The notes: generated from the letters alone by a model not told the origin. A DNA stretch of 64,000 nucleotides from Octopus sinensis (GCF_006345805.1 NC_043000.1:113708001-113772000), one strand, 5' to 3'; positions 39,648 through 54,264 are shown, counted from the stretch's first letter. Translations and numbers: made by a program.

Positions 39648-39883
39648 TGATAGCTATACACACAGTGTGGGACAGACATACATATTCAAGCACAGAGAGG
39701 TATATATATACACCCAGTTACACACACATGGAAAGGTGTACACACAAATAAGTGCGTATATGCACACAACGATAGATTCACACACACACACCAAAAATAT
39801 ACAGGCGCATACAAACATACACACATACAAAATCACACAGATAAAAACAACCATGTTTACATCACTCATCTGTCTCTCACTTG

Positions 39884-39928
<45 letters not shown>

Positions 39929-40048
39929 GGAGGGAGGGTTTTAGAGAGAGTTAATAGATTAATAGGTAGATATGTATTTATCTATTTATCTGTCTGTCTC
40001 TCTGCCTGTGTATTTATCTATCTGTCTATTTAGTTATCTATTTGCCTG

Positions 40049-40091
<43 letters not shown>

Positions 40092-40124
40092 ATCTACTGG
40101 TCTATCTATCTTTCTATCTACTGG

Positions 40125-40248
<124 letters not shown>

Positions 40249-40283
40249 TACATAAACAGACAAACAGACACATACAGACAGAC

Positions 40284-40340
<57 letters not shown>

Positions 40341-40538
40341 GGCAGGCAGGCAGGCAGGCAGACAAACCACAGAGTAACCGAAAGAGAGACAATAGGATGG
40401 ACATAATTTGTAAATAGACAGCCAAAGAGTGATTGACAGCGAGGTAAATATTGTAACGTTTAGGAAAACGAGTGTATATATGTGTGTGTGTGTGTAGGGT
40501 GGCAGAAGTAGTGTTGGATGCATGTGTGAGTGTATGCG

Positions 40539-40577
<39 letters not shown>

Positions 40578-41471
40578 GACATGAAGAGTGTATGTGTGTG
40601 CAGTAGTAACATACATATATATATATGTGTGTGTGTGTATGACGAGGAGTGTATGAGTTGAATAGCGTATGTGTGTATATGTATGCGTGCGGTGATGTAT
40701 GTGTGTATAAAGCCTTTTGAGTGACATATGAGTGGTTTGTGTGTGTGTGTGTGTGATATAAGAGTAGTGTGTGTATGTGAGGGATATATATATTGTGTGT
40801 ATGTAATATGTTGAAGTCTGTACTTGATACAAGAATAATGTATGTGTGCGTGTATGTGTATGTGTGTGCATGTGTGTGTGAGTGAAGATATCTGTATTAG
40901 GGAATATCGTTTTGTTTTTATCTTTCCCCTGTTTAAGCCATGCCCCATGCTGGAGCACCACCTCCAAGAATTCTATTCGAACGACACCTCCCCATTAGTA
41001 ATTCATTATATATATAATAAATTAATAAATAAATAAAACATATGCATATATACATACATATATGTACGTACCTACCTCTACATGTCTATATACATGCATA
41101 TATGGGTACAGGATACCAAAAAAAACGTCGAACACAATGAGAAACGAAAACATAAACACAAAACCAAGGAAATGGACATTTTTTTTAAACAACGAAAAAA
41201 TAGAGTACAGGACATACAAAACAAGGAAAATTCCCCTTCTTCAGTCGCCTTTGCTTCATCTACTCCACGTTTCGAAGGTCAAGGCGATACATGACTTCAA
41301 TGAAACTTTCCTTCCCGCGAAAATCAAATTAAATAAAATTTGAGATTTTTTTGCGGAGGGGTAAAAATGGTAACAAAAGCAAGACAGTAACGACAGTACA
41401 AAATATAAACAATAAAAAACAGGACACGGAGAATAACAGTAACACAAACAAGAAGGGCTGTTAAGCCGAAC

Positions 41472-41514
<43 letters not shown>

Positions 41515-41764
41515 GAAATATGTTACAAAAAGAAAATAGAAACTACACTTGGAAATGTAAAGGGAAAGTAAGAAGAAAAATAAGCGAAAATGCACATTAG
41601 AAATCAAAAAAAGTAAAGGCTTTTTATGAAAAGTAACGAAAGATATATACACTTAGATGAACTGAGGTAGGAATAAAAGTAATAAAAGTCATTATTGTGA
41701 ATTGTCAAAGAGATTTAAAAGCACACCGGTTTCGTAAATTTAATAATCATAGCTTTGCATTCGC

Positions 41765-41960
41765 CATGATAGATCGCTAGCCACTAAACCCTTTTATTTT
41801 CTCTCTCTGCTTATTTCTATGTTCTTTTCTGCTGAAGAGCGTAGGCTCGAAACGCAAAAGACTTTCTCACTTCCCGAGTGTCAAACTATTACACTTGCTT
41901 GTTTTTTACACACCCGTCTTCGTCTTTTGTTTTGTTTTGTTTTTTTTGTAAATTCCAACT
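41765..41960 (+). mobile_element. Family E copy
   Basis: gatcgctagccactaaacc...ctgctgaagagcgtaggctcgaaacgcaaaagactttctcacttcccgag matches 535-700. Confidence 0.6.
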
Positions 41961-41989
41961 ATATATATATTGTAAATTCCAATATATAT

Positions 41990-42020
<31 letters not shown>

Positions 42021-42021
42021 A

Positions 42022-42135
42022 ATTCTTTTATTTGTTTCAGCCATTTGACTGCGGCTATGCTGGAACACCATTTTTAGTCGAACTAATCGACCCTAGGACT
42101 TATTCTTTGTAAGCTCGATACTTACTCTATCGAGC
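42022..42135 (-). mobile_element. SINE family 1, 3' fragment
   Basis: gtttcagccatttgactgcggctatgctgga...ggacttattctttgtaagc matches the 3' end of the full copies. Confidence 0.7.
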
Positions 42136-42830
42136 TTAATCCAACTGTTATTAAATAATATTTGCCATACGTGTGTGTATCAACCACGTATGGTTTACAT
42201 ATATTATATCATGTCTTGATACTATGTGGTCTGAAATCCCGGTTGATAGGTCGATGATATTAAATTAAATGATAAATACTTATGCCATACAAATTAGTCG
42301 CTCTAGTTTTATGAAACTACTGGATATGTTACGTATAATGTTATGTTCCAACTTCCTGTCCATGACAAGAATCACAGACTACAGCATACACGTGATCGCA
42401 AAAACACAAATTTCTCAAATTGCGAAGTAAACACAGCGATATCACTCGGCACACTTCCTCATGAAGGTCACTGCATGCTCTCACTGCGCACGCAACCGTG
42501 TGCTGCCAGTTGTTGGCGCGCTACCGAACTAGTCCAGGAACATTTTGATACCAACTCGTAAGCAGATTGGCTGCTTGTTTCCCTGGGATTAGTCAAATTG
42601 ATGTGGACACCTCTGATGAGAATGCAATAAAGTCCGAAAATCGATGAAGGATGTACATCGTTTCTCTTCAATCAACGAAGAAATAGTTAGATTTGCCCCA
42701 TGCTTATATGTCTATTATATATGTACGTGTGTGCGCGCGCGTTGGTGTGTGTGTATACATAATAATACATATGTGTGTGTGTATACATAATAATACATGT
42801 GTGTGTGTGTGTGTTTGTGTGTGTGTGTAT

Positions 42831-42890
<60 letters not shown>

Positions 42891-43279
42891 ATATATATAT
42901 GAGTAAGCACATAAATGCAAAACGAGGTGGGGAAAATAGTAGACGAATACCGAGGGTAGAGAGACATGCTTCTATTGACATCACCAAAGATTGTAAATCA
43001 GAATTTTATGTTCCCGTTCGTCGGACAGTTGTGATCAAGGCAGTTGATCACAACCGTCCGATGAACGGGAAAGTGAAACTCTGAGTTACAGTCATTTTTG
43101 TTTGCAACTTTAATAAAAATAAGTATAAATAAGTATATAAGTATAAGGCCATATATGTATGTATGTATATATATGTATATTATACATATGTATGTATATA
43201 TATACATATGTATGTATGCATATATATATATATATGTATGTATGTATATATATATGTATATATGTACATATATATATAT

Positions 43280-43348
<69 letters not shown>

Positions 43349-46115
43349 GTGTATGTATGTATGTATATATACATGAAACACGTTCAGTGAGGTTCTGCAC
43401 AGTTTATATCAACCAAATTATACTCTCAAAGTATTGTCAAGAAAGAAATTAAAATATATGAGAAAAGATGCAAAAGGTAAGATGTGGGCCTACAATGATG
43501 GAATAATTGAAGTAAAAGAGAGAAGAATGTGTGAAAAAAGCATATGAAATATTCATGAAAGTATATATGTACATACATGCACACATATACACAGCAACAA
43601 GGCCACTAAATTGGTGCACACATACACACATGCACACAAAGAGTTTAAAGTATTTGAAGTGTATATAAGAAATTGTGAATCGTACGTAAAAAAAAGAGAG
43701 AAGGAAATGGAAGGAAAAGGCGAATCGTAGAGAGTAAAATGTAGAAGTTGGTGAGGCGGGGGGGAGGGGGTAAAAGAATAAAAGGAAAAAGTAGAAAAGG
43801 AAGTGAAATAAAGATAAGAGAAGAAGAGAAAGGATTGTATTGTTTTTTTTGTGTAATTTGATGGAGTAAAATAGGAAATAGATTGTTTGATAAAGACATA
43901 GAGAGATAATTAAAGGCGGAGTGGGAATATGCGGAGAGAGTTGCAATAAAATAACGAGAGGAGATAAGGAGGCGGAAGAGGAATAGTGGAAGGTGTGAAA
44001 ATGTTTAGGTGGAAAGAACGGAGTAAATGAAGAAAGAGTGAGAAGGAGGATACAGGAAAGAAAGACAGCAATTTTGATGTGAAGGAAAACAACCAACGTC
44101 ATGAATTAATGTATTAGATTTGATAGCTAAAGAGATAGGTGGAGAGATAGGCTGGCAAAGTTTGGTGGGAATTGTAAAATAATAAAACTGCTGATCAGTA
44201 GTTCTGAACTAGGGTCTAGATGACACCTGGCGGGGTTCCATATAAGATTTTGGGGGTAAAAGCCTGCAAAATAGTAAACTGGGATTCCGCAGTAGTGCTT
44301 TAAGAATACATGAAAAATTTTGATTTAAATGTATATATTGCAAGAAATATCTGTTTCTTTCTCTAACATTTTACAAAAGTCAACTTATACAAGTGAATGG
44401 ATGAAAAAAATATCTATGAAGCTAGTTTTTAAGCATCGAATGGATGTGGGCTTCCACCAAAATAAAATAGCAATCAAAGGGATCCATAGACAAGAATTGG
44501 TTGAGAATTTCTGCTCTAGATGGAGGGCGGAGGAAAGGCTAAAAGGATTGGTGCAGGGAGGAGACTAGACAGGTTGAAATTAAAAGATGTTTGGCATTTT
44601 TACTCAAGTAAGGACATTCATTTACCTTCATGATATCTGGGTACGCAAAACAAAGGGGAATGAGGTAAGGCGAGATACGTTGCATAATATTATCGGATGA
44701 AAAAAAGATACAACTGAAATCATTGATGTAAGAAAGTTCAGTTTCGATGAGGGACTAGTTGATCTTGAAAGAACCAAATGTGACATCTTTCAGATTCCAA
44801 ACATATTTAGAGAGAGCCATACTTATGAAATGCAAAGTCTCAATGACTAGGTTTGCTGATTATGTCGTATTTTAAATTTATTTCCAGTCATATCTATTTA
44901 ACGTTTTTGAATTGCTAACATTTTTGCTTGAAATATTCGCAAATTGCTTTCATATAGGCAAGTATCGGTGCTATAGCAGTTATGTTAGTTGCATTGTGCT
45001 GAAGTGTGTGTATTTGGATGCGTGAATTTTTATATTCAGTCCATCTAAAGATGTACAGAAACTGTCAGTACAATGTTAGCAAACGTTAATATTACGTTAG
45101 TCAAAGGTCTTGTAGAATAGCGAAGAGAAAAAATATTTTCCCATAGAATTTAATATAGGGATTTTTTCTTAGATACAAATTTACCGTCTGCAAAGCAGTC
45201 TAGCAAAGGTGTGTCTTCATACGTACTTGGTCTGTCAAAAATAGCAGCTAGATCTCATACAAATTGTACCTCAACGTATGAAAAAATGGAAGACATCGCA
45301 TAATATAATTCTGCATATGTTATGTATGGATATAAAGACAGCAAGCCACAACTTTTGTCATAGCGCTGCCAAATAACTCCTGATTTATAACAGCAACCAC
45401 AAAAACGTCTACAGACACCTGAGGTTCTGACGTTTATGATTTCCAATGTATGAATGGTGTAAATATAGAAGTCCTTAGCAACAACAAGGAAATGTTGTTC
45501 AGATTATATCTCTATGAGCCTGTTTGCTAGGAAACAAAATACAAAAATAACGAGACAGGTCTGATAGAATAGATGAATATTTGTTGTTGATTAGAGTTTA
45601 AATAACCTGAAAATAAGTTTGTATTTAAAGAAGGTATGGCTTCAAGAAGGATTAGATGAAAGACTGGTTAGTATTTTCATAGAACTTCTCTGGTATCTCC
45701 TTCGACATTTTGTTCAAATAAAAGCGTTATCTAATGCACGAGAGCAAAGAAGACTCAGAAAGGTGAAAAAGAGATAAAGATAAAAGTGAATGGTTACAAA
45801 AGTGAGAAAGTAAGCAACAGACATAAGTTGGAGGTAAGACAAATAGAATATGAAGAGTAGAGGGCAGAGAAAGAACAAAGAGAAATGTGAAGAAGCGGCA
45901 TTAAAACTGGAGCATAAGTAGATATGAGGGAAATGATTGGACAGAGAAAATATGGCAGAAAGTAAGATGTAGAAAGTATAGAAGGAAGCCACGAAGAGGC
46001 TAAACATAACAAAATACAAAGAAATTGGAAGAGAATAAAACAGCAACATATTTTATATGTGTGAGAATGCCTGTGGATGTGAGTATACATAGATTCATGT
46101 CTCATGGATATGTGT

Positions 46116-46169
<54 letters not shown>

Positions 46170-46176
46170 ACACACA

Positions 46177-46738
46177 CACAGACATGCAGGAAGTAAATAG
46201 ACACTTTTAATTTTCAAAATCTTTTGATATTAATTGGTTGAAGGAGGTTTTCTTCTATCTGTTCATCCATAATACCTAGGATTATGCAGATATGTAACAC
46301 GCGTTCTTGGACTAACTTCTAGCTGTTTTGCAATGTCAGAAGCCTTCGAACGGGGTTCGTTTTCAAACAGCGAAGCTTCTTTTCCGAGGCCCCAGGTCGG
46401 TCGGGACGAGAATCTGTTTATTCTTTTCCTTGGCTTTTTAATTGCACTATAATTCTATTATAGTGCAATTCAAGAGGAATTTGAAGATTTTCGGCAATTT
46501 TTCGCTAGCTAAGACCAGCCTCAGATTGCTCAACAAAACGATCTCTTTGAAAATCTGACAGTTCTGCTGAATTTTTTGTGCGTGCCATGGTTACTCTTCG
46601 CAAATATTTAATATAATGGCATCTGGAATGAAAAGGAATAATTATATTGTAAATTCTACACCGCTGAAAACATATTAAGATGCTTAGATCAGATATTTTG
46701 AAAATTAAAGGTGTCTGTTTACTTCCTGCATGTCTGTG
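46177..46738 (-). mobile_element. Internally deleted Tc1-like DNA transposon
   Basis: 44-bp TIRs (46177-46220 and 46695-46738, 42/44 identical), TA on the right flank. Minus-strand remnant MARTKNSAELSDFQRDRFVEQSEAGLS*RKIAENLQIP...ASDIAKQLEVSPRT resembles a Tc1 HTH region. Confidence 0.85.
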
Positions 46739-47989
46739 TATGTATATAAATGTATGCATGCTTGTATGTATGTATGTATGTATGTATGTATGTATGTATG
46801 TATGTATGTATGTATAATTGTATACATACATACATACATACATACATACATACATACATACATACATACATACATAAATACATACATACATACATACATA
46901 CAGGCATCAATTTATTTCCAAGAATTTGTTTTCAATAGGGCCAAGTAGATTCGAACCAGAGAATGCTGATCGCTTTAGTCTGGTTTTGTCATCGATGAAC
47001 ATTTCCTCCATTTAGACGAACTGTATCCGGATACTGATCTGACTGAAGAGCCACCCATAAGGGGAAACACCACCATCTCTCATAGACCCTTTACATCTAC
47101 AAATCGCACGTAATATGAACTCACATTTTCTAAAGGGAGATGTCCTCCTCCGACGAAAATCAACAATCGGTATATTCGTGCGTTCAAATCTGCCAGAACG
47201 TTTGGAGGATAAATAGATACGTTATTACTGGTTTCTCGTTGTTCTGTATGCACTTCAGGAATTATACATACATACATACATACATACATACATACATACA
47301 TACATACATACATACATACATACATACGCACGTACGTACATAAATACATGCATACATACGCACGTATGTAAATCTAGAAGAGGAATGGATAAAGAAAATG
47401 TAAGGTGAAGTTATATGAGATATTTGTCCATGTTCCAATCGTTAATATTTCCCAGTGGCATAATAAGTGCTTTACAAAGTATCAGCATTTTCCGAATATT
47501 TTTTATGTCTTACTTAATTAGAGCTCTTGTTTATAAGAGATTATGAAGATTTTTCTCTTCCCTGCTTTTCATACTTCACAAGTTTCCAATTTTTGAATCT
47601 AGCAGAATTTTCCATTTAATATTAGCGTGCGAAGCCATTTTTAATTTGTGAATGCATTTAATTTGCGAAAGCATTCAACAAATGTTGCATTGTTCTTTTT
47701 ATCTCTGCGTTTAATGGCGTCTATATGTTTATAAACTCTTTGCTTAAATTTTCCTTGTGTCATGCATTTGTAATGTCCATGTGTTTTTATTTCATCAGGC
47801 TCTATAGAACTGAGCTGTGCAACCGAATAAATTAGTGTTTCAACATGACAGGATATGTACAGCGATCATGTATTAGAGATATTGAATGCTCTGCGAGAAT
47901 ATTCGTATGTGTGCGTGCGTGTATGTGTGTCTGTGTGTGCGTGCACGGACACACAGAGCATATATATATATATATCCAGTTTTTTCTCT

Positions 47990-48150
47990 ACACATTTTTT
48001 TCTCTCCTTGTTTCTTTCCTTGTTTTTTCTGTGTCACTTTCTGTAGAAGAGCGTAGGCTCGAAACGCAAAAAACTTTTTCTAATTCCTGAGCGTTATACT
48101 AATACATCTGTTTGTTTTGTACACCACCTGTCTTCGTCTTTGGTTTTCGA
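47990..48150 (+). mobile_element. Family E copy
   Basis: ctttctgtagaagagcgtaggctcgaaacgcaaaaaac...ctgtcttcgtctttgg matches 535-700. Confidence 0.6.
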
Positions 48151-48156
48151 ATGAAT

Positions 48157-48261
48157 AAGGCTACCATTGGTTTCATGCCGAGAGACAAATACCAACGTTC
48201 CGTGTGGCACGCTTGATAATTGCTGAGAGATTTCTCTCGGCATAAAACCAATGGCAGCCTT
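48157..48261. repeat. 105-bp MITE-like element with 29-bp imperfect TIRs
   Basis: AAGGCTACCATTGGTTTCATGCCGAGAGA and TCTCTCGGCATAAAACCAATGGCAGCCTT pair at 27/29 positions. Confidence 0.7.
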
Positions 48262-48337
48262 GCTGACCCACAAATGAAAGATCTTTATCCACCAAAGCCG
48301 TGTTGAACACTCATTCTCTCTGTTCAATATTAGAGAG

Positions 48338-48417
<80 letters not shown>

Positions 48418-48657
48418 CGAAACAAAGTATTGCCACTTTAGAAGATCTAACCAAAATATTTAATCAGTAGAATTTCAAGATGAATCAGCAGCGACACAGA
48501 ACGCTATGATTTATGATTTATGATTTATGATTTATGTCTTGGTTAATTAAACAAACGAAAAAACTGGACCTAACATATATCAGAAAAAAAAACCCCAAAT
48601 GGAATGCGTCGAAGTGCTCAAGAAGACTACACATACATGCATATACATAATACATAC

Positions 48658-49000
48658 ATGCAATGGCCCAGTGGTTAGGGCAGCGGACTTGCAGTCGTAG
48701 GATCGTGGTAGGATTGTGAGTATTTATTGAGCGAAAACGTCTAAATCTCCCACGAGGCAGGGGTGGGTGGCGAACCCTGCTGTACTCTTTCATCACAGCT
48801 TTCTCTCACTCTTTCTTCTTGTTTCTGTTGTACCTGTATTTCAAAGGGGCCAACCCTGTCACACTGAATCTCCCCGAGAACTACGTTGAAAGTGCATGTG
48901 TCTGTAGAGTGCTCAGCCACTTGCACGTTCATTTTTGAGCAGGTTATTCCGTTGATCGGATCAACTGGAACCCTCGTTGTCGTAACCGACGGAGCGCCAC
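48658..49000 (+). mobile_element. tRNA-derived SINE family 3
   Basis: caatggcccagtggttagggcagcggact...ggaaccctcgttgtcgtaaccgacggagcgccac. Confidence 0.75.
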
Positions 49001-49033
49001 AATATATATATATATATATATAATATATATATA

Positions 49034-49074
<41 letters not shown>

Positions 49075-49091
49075 TACATTTACATACACAC

Positions 49092-49124
<33 letters not shown>

Positions 49125-49402
49125 TGTATGTATGTATGTATGTATGTATGTATGTATGTATGCATGCATGCATGCATGTATGTATGTATGTAAATAAAAC
49201 CTTCGATTCAATAACACCGTGTTCAAACTCTATACTTGGAATGACCAATTTTAAATACAATTGGAACTTACTAGGAACTGGAATCTTATATGTATACCAT
49301 TCTGCCTAAATAATTGATCTACAAATGCAATATCCCTACATACCTCACGTCTGTCTTCATTCCTCCTCTAGAATAACTTTTGCTTAATCATTTTCTCACA
49401 CC

Positions 49403-49450
49403 GTCTCCGATGAAGGGATATAATAAATATCCTGGAAACAGCTGTAAGAC
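49403..49450 (+). ncRNA. HHR-like fold with a variant core (family C)
   Basis: GUCU CCGAUGA A GGGAUAU aauaa AUAUCCU G GAA ACAGCUGU A AGAC. Stem I GUCU/AGAC, stem II, palindromic stem III and a GUA triplet are present. The core has C in place of U4. Confidence 0.6.
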
Positions 49451-49798
49451 CTATTTATAAATGTTCTAAAATCTTTCACAGCCTTAGAATTTTATCTCAT
49501 TCTGAACATTTTTATATATAAACATGCTGATATATGACCTACGTTGGAGTACTTATTCGCATAATCACCGAACCTGGAGCTTAACTATGGTCTATCCATA
49601 GCACTTACTCAGCATTACCTGACACCCATGGGTCTTATTGACACCATTACCTCTCATAACCTCTATATATGTATGCATGTATGTATGTATGTATGTATGT
49701 ATGTATGTATATGTTATACAAATATATGCACAACTATGTTTCTACGTGTATATATATATATATATATATAATATATATATATATATTATATATATATA

Positions 49799-49869
<71 letters not shown>

Positions 49870-49924
49870 GTCATATACAGTATATGCAAATTTAGATGTG
49901 CATATATTTAGGTGTAAGTATATA

Positions 49925-50308
49925 TTCTTTTATTTGTTTCAGTTATGCTGGAGCACCGCCTTTAGTCGAACAAATTGACCCCAGGACTTATTCTTTGTAA
50001 GCCTAGCACTTACCCTTTCTGTTGTTTTGCCGAACCGCTAAGTTACGGGGACGGAGACACACCAACAGCGGTTGCCAAAACGATGGTGGGGGGACAAACA
50101 CAGACACACAAATACATACATACGTACAAATCTATATATATATATATATATATAATATATATATACGACGGGCTTCTTACAGTCGCTGTCTTACCAAATC
50201 CACTCACAAGGCTTTGGTCGACCCGAGGCCATAGTAGAAGACACTTGCCCAAGTTGCCACGCTCTGTGACTGAACCTGGAACCATGTGGTTAGTAAGCCA
50301 CTCCTACG
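49925..50308 (-). mobile_element. SINE family 1
   Basis: Reverse complement of the family consensus seen at 56856-57222. Confidence 0.85.
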
Positions 50309-50389
50309 CTTTTATACATATACGCATATTTATGAATACTTATATGCATATATATAACTATACACGTATATATGTACACATATACGTAT

Positions 50390-50425
<36 letters not shown>

Positions 50426-50442
50426 GTGTATGTATGTGTGTG

Positions 50443-50474
<32 letters not shown>

Positions 50475-50919
50475 CTGTGTAAAGCTGTAGGTCATCTGAG
50501 CTGTGTAATCGTATACGGTGAAGAGTGTATGACTTTACAATTCTCATAATACTCCGGTTGTACTATTGCAATGCCACGATACCACCACCACCACCACCAC
50601 CACCACCACTACTACTGCCATTTCTGCTGCTGCTGCTGCTGCTGCTACTTCTGCTGCTGCTACTTCTGCTGCTGGTGTTCGTTTTGTACTGTTATGAGCT
50701 TTGCAGTATTACTGAATAGAATAAAAGAGAAAAGAGAAACGAAAGCCGAAGATGTCGGAGGAGTGTGAGAAGAGCAAATAAATTTGAAGAAATGCTGCCA
50801 ATAAACGGCATTTTGGTTTGAAACTAAGGAATGGACTAAGAAATATCGATCTGGTCAATTGTATTTCGGAAGCAGTTTGTCCTCTCTTACTCTGACGTCA
50901 TACATTGTTGTCGTTCTCG

Positions 50920-50966
<47 letters not shown>

Positions 50967-51623
50967 GATGACGATGGTGATGATTATGATGATGTTGTTG
51001 TTGTTGTTGACGTCGAGGTTGAATTCTCTAATGTACTTGGTGCAGTTCCTCCACTACAGCCATCTTGTTTGTCCGTCCGTCTGTCTGTCGGTCTGTCTGC
51101 CTGTTTCTGTCCGTTTCTGTCCTCTTCTATACCGACGCCCGCCCGCCCGCCCGCCCCCGCCCCCGCCCCCTCCACCAATATTATTCATTCAACATACCCC
51201 AGGCGATACGACATGATGTTCATTATAATTGAGTGCTGCCTTTATCCTCTCCTCTCCACCTCCTCTCCTCTCCCTCCACCTCTCCCACCTTCTCTTCTTC
51301 TTCTTCTTCTTCTTCTTCTTCTTCTTCTATTTGAAGCCAACCTGTCTCTCCATCCCTTTTCGGTTCTATACACTTCAGCACAATTACACACCTCACAACA
51401 CGCAACAACGCCACCACCCTCTCTACCACCACCACCACCACTACCATCAACACCACCATCATCGAGTCCACACTCTCTACTACCACCAATACCACTACCA
51501 CCACCACCACTACTACATCAATGCACACCACAGTACTCTACTAATAATAGTAATAATATTACTACTACTAATACTATTACTACTACATAAATACACATCA
51601 CCAATACCACTACCAAGGAAAAC

Positions 51624-51682
<59 letters not shown>

Positions 51683-52337
51683 CGAAATAAATTTGACAAC
51701 AATGAATGAAAAAAGTAGGAAAGAGTGAAAAAGTATAATGGCAGCAGAAGCTGAATGAAAGAAGTGAAGGAATGAGAGAAAGAGGAGGGAAGAATGAAAT
51801 AGAGGAGAGAAGGGGAGAGAGAGCGAGAAATGAAAGAGTAAGAGAGAAGAGCAGTGAGGGAGGAGTGAGAGAAGAGAAGTGATAGAGAGAAGGAATGAGA
51901 GAGGAAGGAGGAGGAAGCGATTCGAAATGTCTTTTGTGGTAGCAATGACGTCATTGGTGCAAAGTGAAGAAATCTTCCAAGACATTAGAATAATAAAAGT
52001 CAGAAATATTTAGAAGGACTTCGCCCCCAAAAGATGGCAGTTTTGGAGTGTTGTAAGAGAATGGTATTGGTGGTGTTGTTGAGGAAGATGATGATGATGG
52101 TGGTGGTGGTGGTGGTGGTGGTGGTGAAGGTAATGGTTGTGGTGGTTGTGGCGGTTTTATGATAGTAGTGATGGCGGTAGTGGTGATGGTGGTACGTTTG
52201 TGGTGGTAGTGGTAGTGGTGGTGATAGTGGAGGTGATGGTGGAGGTGGTGGTAACAGTGGTGGTGGTGTGGTGGTAATGGTGGTGGCGGCATTGATGTTG
52301 CGACTACCACAAGACTTGTCATGTGTATTATGTCTGC

Positions 52338-52650
52338 TTTGCCTTTGCCTTTCATCCTTTCGGGGTCGATAAATTAAGTACCAATTACGCACTGGGGTCG
52401 ATATTGTCGACTTAATCCGTTTGTCTGTCCATGTTTGTCCTCTCTGTATTTAGCCCCTTGTGGGTAGTAAAGAAATATGTATTTCGTCTGTCGTTACGTT
52501 CTGAGTTCAAATTCCGCCGTAGTCGACTTTGCCTTTCATCCTTTCGGGGTCAATAAATTAAGCACCAGTTAGTTGCTTACTGGGGGTCGATCTAATCGAC
52601 TGACCGCTCCCCAAAAGTTTTAGGCCTTGTGCCTAGAGTAGGAAAGAATA
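52338..52650 (+). mobile_element. SINE family 2, partial dimer
   Basis: Two gcctttcatcctttcggggtc cores. Confidence 0.8.
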
Positions 52651-52764
52651 TTTTAAAAGACATACGTTTGTTCGGAAGTGTGGTGCTAATCACATTATTC
52701 CCAGTTGTCCTCAGAATATAGTTTTGGGACCAAATGTTTCAGATTACTGTATACGCTTCCTCCT

Positions 52765-53135
52765 AACCGCAGGCATGGTTATGTGGTAAGAAGCTAGCTT
52801 CCAAACCACATGGCTCTGAGTTCAGTCCCTCTGCGTGACACCTTGGGCAAGTGTCTTCTTTAGCCTCGGGACAACCACAGTCATGTGACTTGATATGGTA
52901 AACAGAAACTGAAAGAAGCATTTTGTGGGTTTTTTTGTGTTTGTCTCCTACTACCACTTGACAACCGGTCTCGGTGTGTTTACCTCCCCGTAACTTAGCG
53001 GTTCGGCCTAAGAGACCGCTACAATAAGTACTAGCCTTTTAAAAAAATAAGCGCTGGAGTCGGTTCATTCGAGTAAAAAAATCTTGAAGGCGGTGCCCCA
53101 GCATGGCCGCAGTCTAATGACTGAAACAAGAACAA
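52765..53135 (+). mobile_element. SINE family 1
   Basis: gcaggcatggttatgtggtaagaagc...ccagcatggccgcagtctaatgactgaaacaag. Confidence 0.8.
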
Positions 53136-53819
53136 AGATAAGCATCAACGACTGATTGGCCGTCACCACCACGACCACCACCACCAAACTCCACTCTTCC
53201 ACAAATGATGCCAGTTTTCATTCTTCCCTAATCTTCCGCTCATACGAATCCTCCACATAAAACCAAAGGATTCCGAATTTGCAAATTTCAAGAACAGAGA
53301 TTGGAAATCCTCCTCCAACGAAATGTCAATTTTTGTTTCGTTCTACAGCAAAAATGACAATTTCTGCACATAGCAAAGAAGCCATTATCGCAACTCACAT
53401 CGCATGGTTTGACTTTATTCAAACACATTCCAATTTCCAATATACAGACAATCTATGTCACCTCATTGCCTTTTCTACCTCTACTACAGTAGCCTCTGCT
53501 TTGAACTGGCTACATACTACCTCCATCTGGGCACTCTCAACTCTATATGTCCTATCCCAGATCCTACAATTTCTTCCCAGAACGTCTACCTTCTCAAATA
53601 CCCTCTGTTCATGTCACATTCCAGACTGGGCCGAGCGACCCAATACATTCAACTGACTACCAGCAATAAGATGCGGTGCGGGGTTCATTCGTGTGACCAA
53701 CTATCATTCTGTTCAAAGGCGAGAACAATTGTCATCTCTCGATCACTTATTGGTCACAAAAAAAAACAATATAATTTCCAGTTCTGTAGTCTGTAGGCTC
53801 TATGTTTACTTGATCAGAA

Positions 53820-54005
53820 TGCGGCGAGCTGGCAGAAACGTTAGCATGCCGTTACGTTCAAATTCTGCCAAGGCCGACTTTGCCTTTCATTCTTGTGGGG
53901 TCGATTAAATAAGTACCAGTTATGCACTGGGGTCGATGTAATCGACCCTTTGTCTGTCCTTGTTTGTCCCCTCTGTGTCTAGCCCCTGTAGGCAATAAAG
54001 AAATA
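53820..54005 (+). mobile_element. SINE family 2
   Basis: gcggcgagctggcagaaacgttagca...gcaataaagaaata. Confidence 0.8.
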
Positions 54006-54072
54006 TATATTTACTTGATCAAAGCTGATCAAAAGCTAAAGAACAGTAACATCACTTGAGGCAAATCTACCC

Positions 54073-54218
54073 CAGAGCTTATTCTTTGTAAGCCTAGTAC
54101 TTATTCTATCGGTCTCTTTTGCCGAACCGCTAAGTTACGGGGACGTAAACACACCAGCATCGGTTGTCAAGCGATGCTGGGTGGACAAGCAGACACACAC
54201 ACATATATACACACGCAT

Positions 54219-54264
<46 letters not shown>

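Noticed and set aside
41240-41310. HHR-like motif in family F (also at 27490-27535)
   Set aside because: GAAAC and a possible stem are present, but there is no CUGANGA core, UH site or stem I in either copy.
46975-47200. Open frames with nearby GT/AG signals on both strands
   Set aside because: There is no recognisable protein, the strands conflict, and such signals are expected by chance in unique sequence.
50870-51960. Two TGACGTCA (CRE) palindromes
   Set aside because: They are isolated 8-mers with no supporting context.
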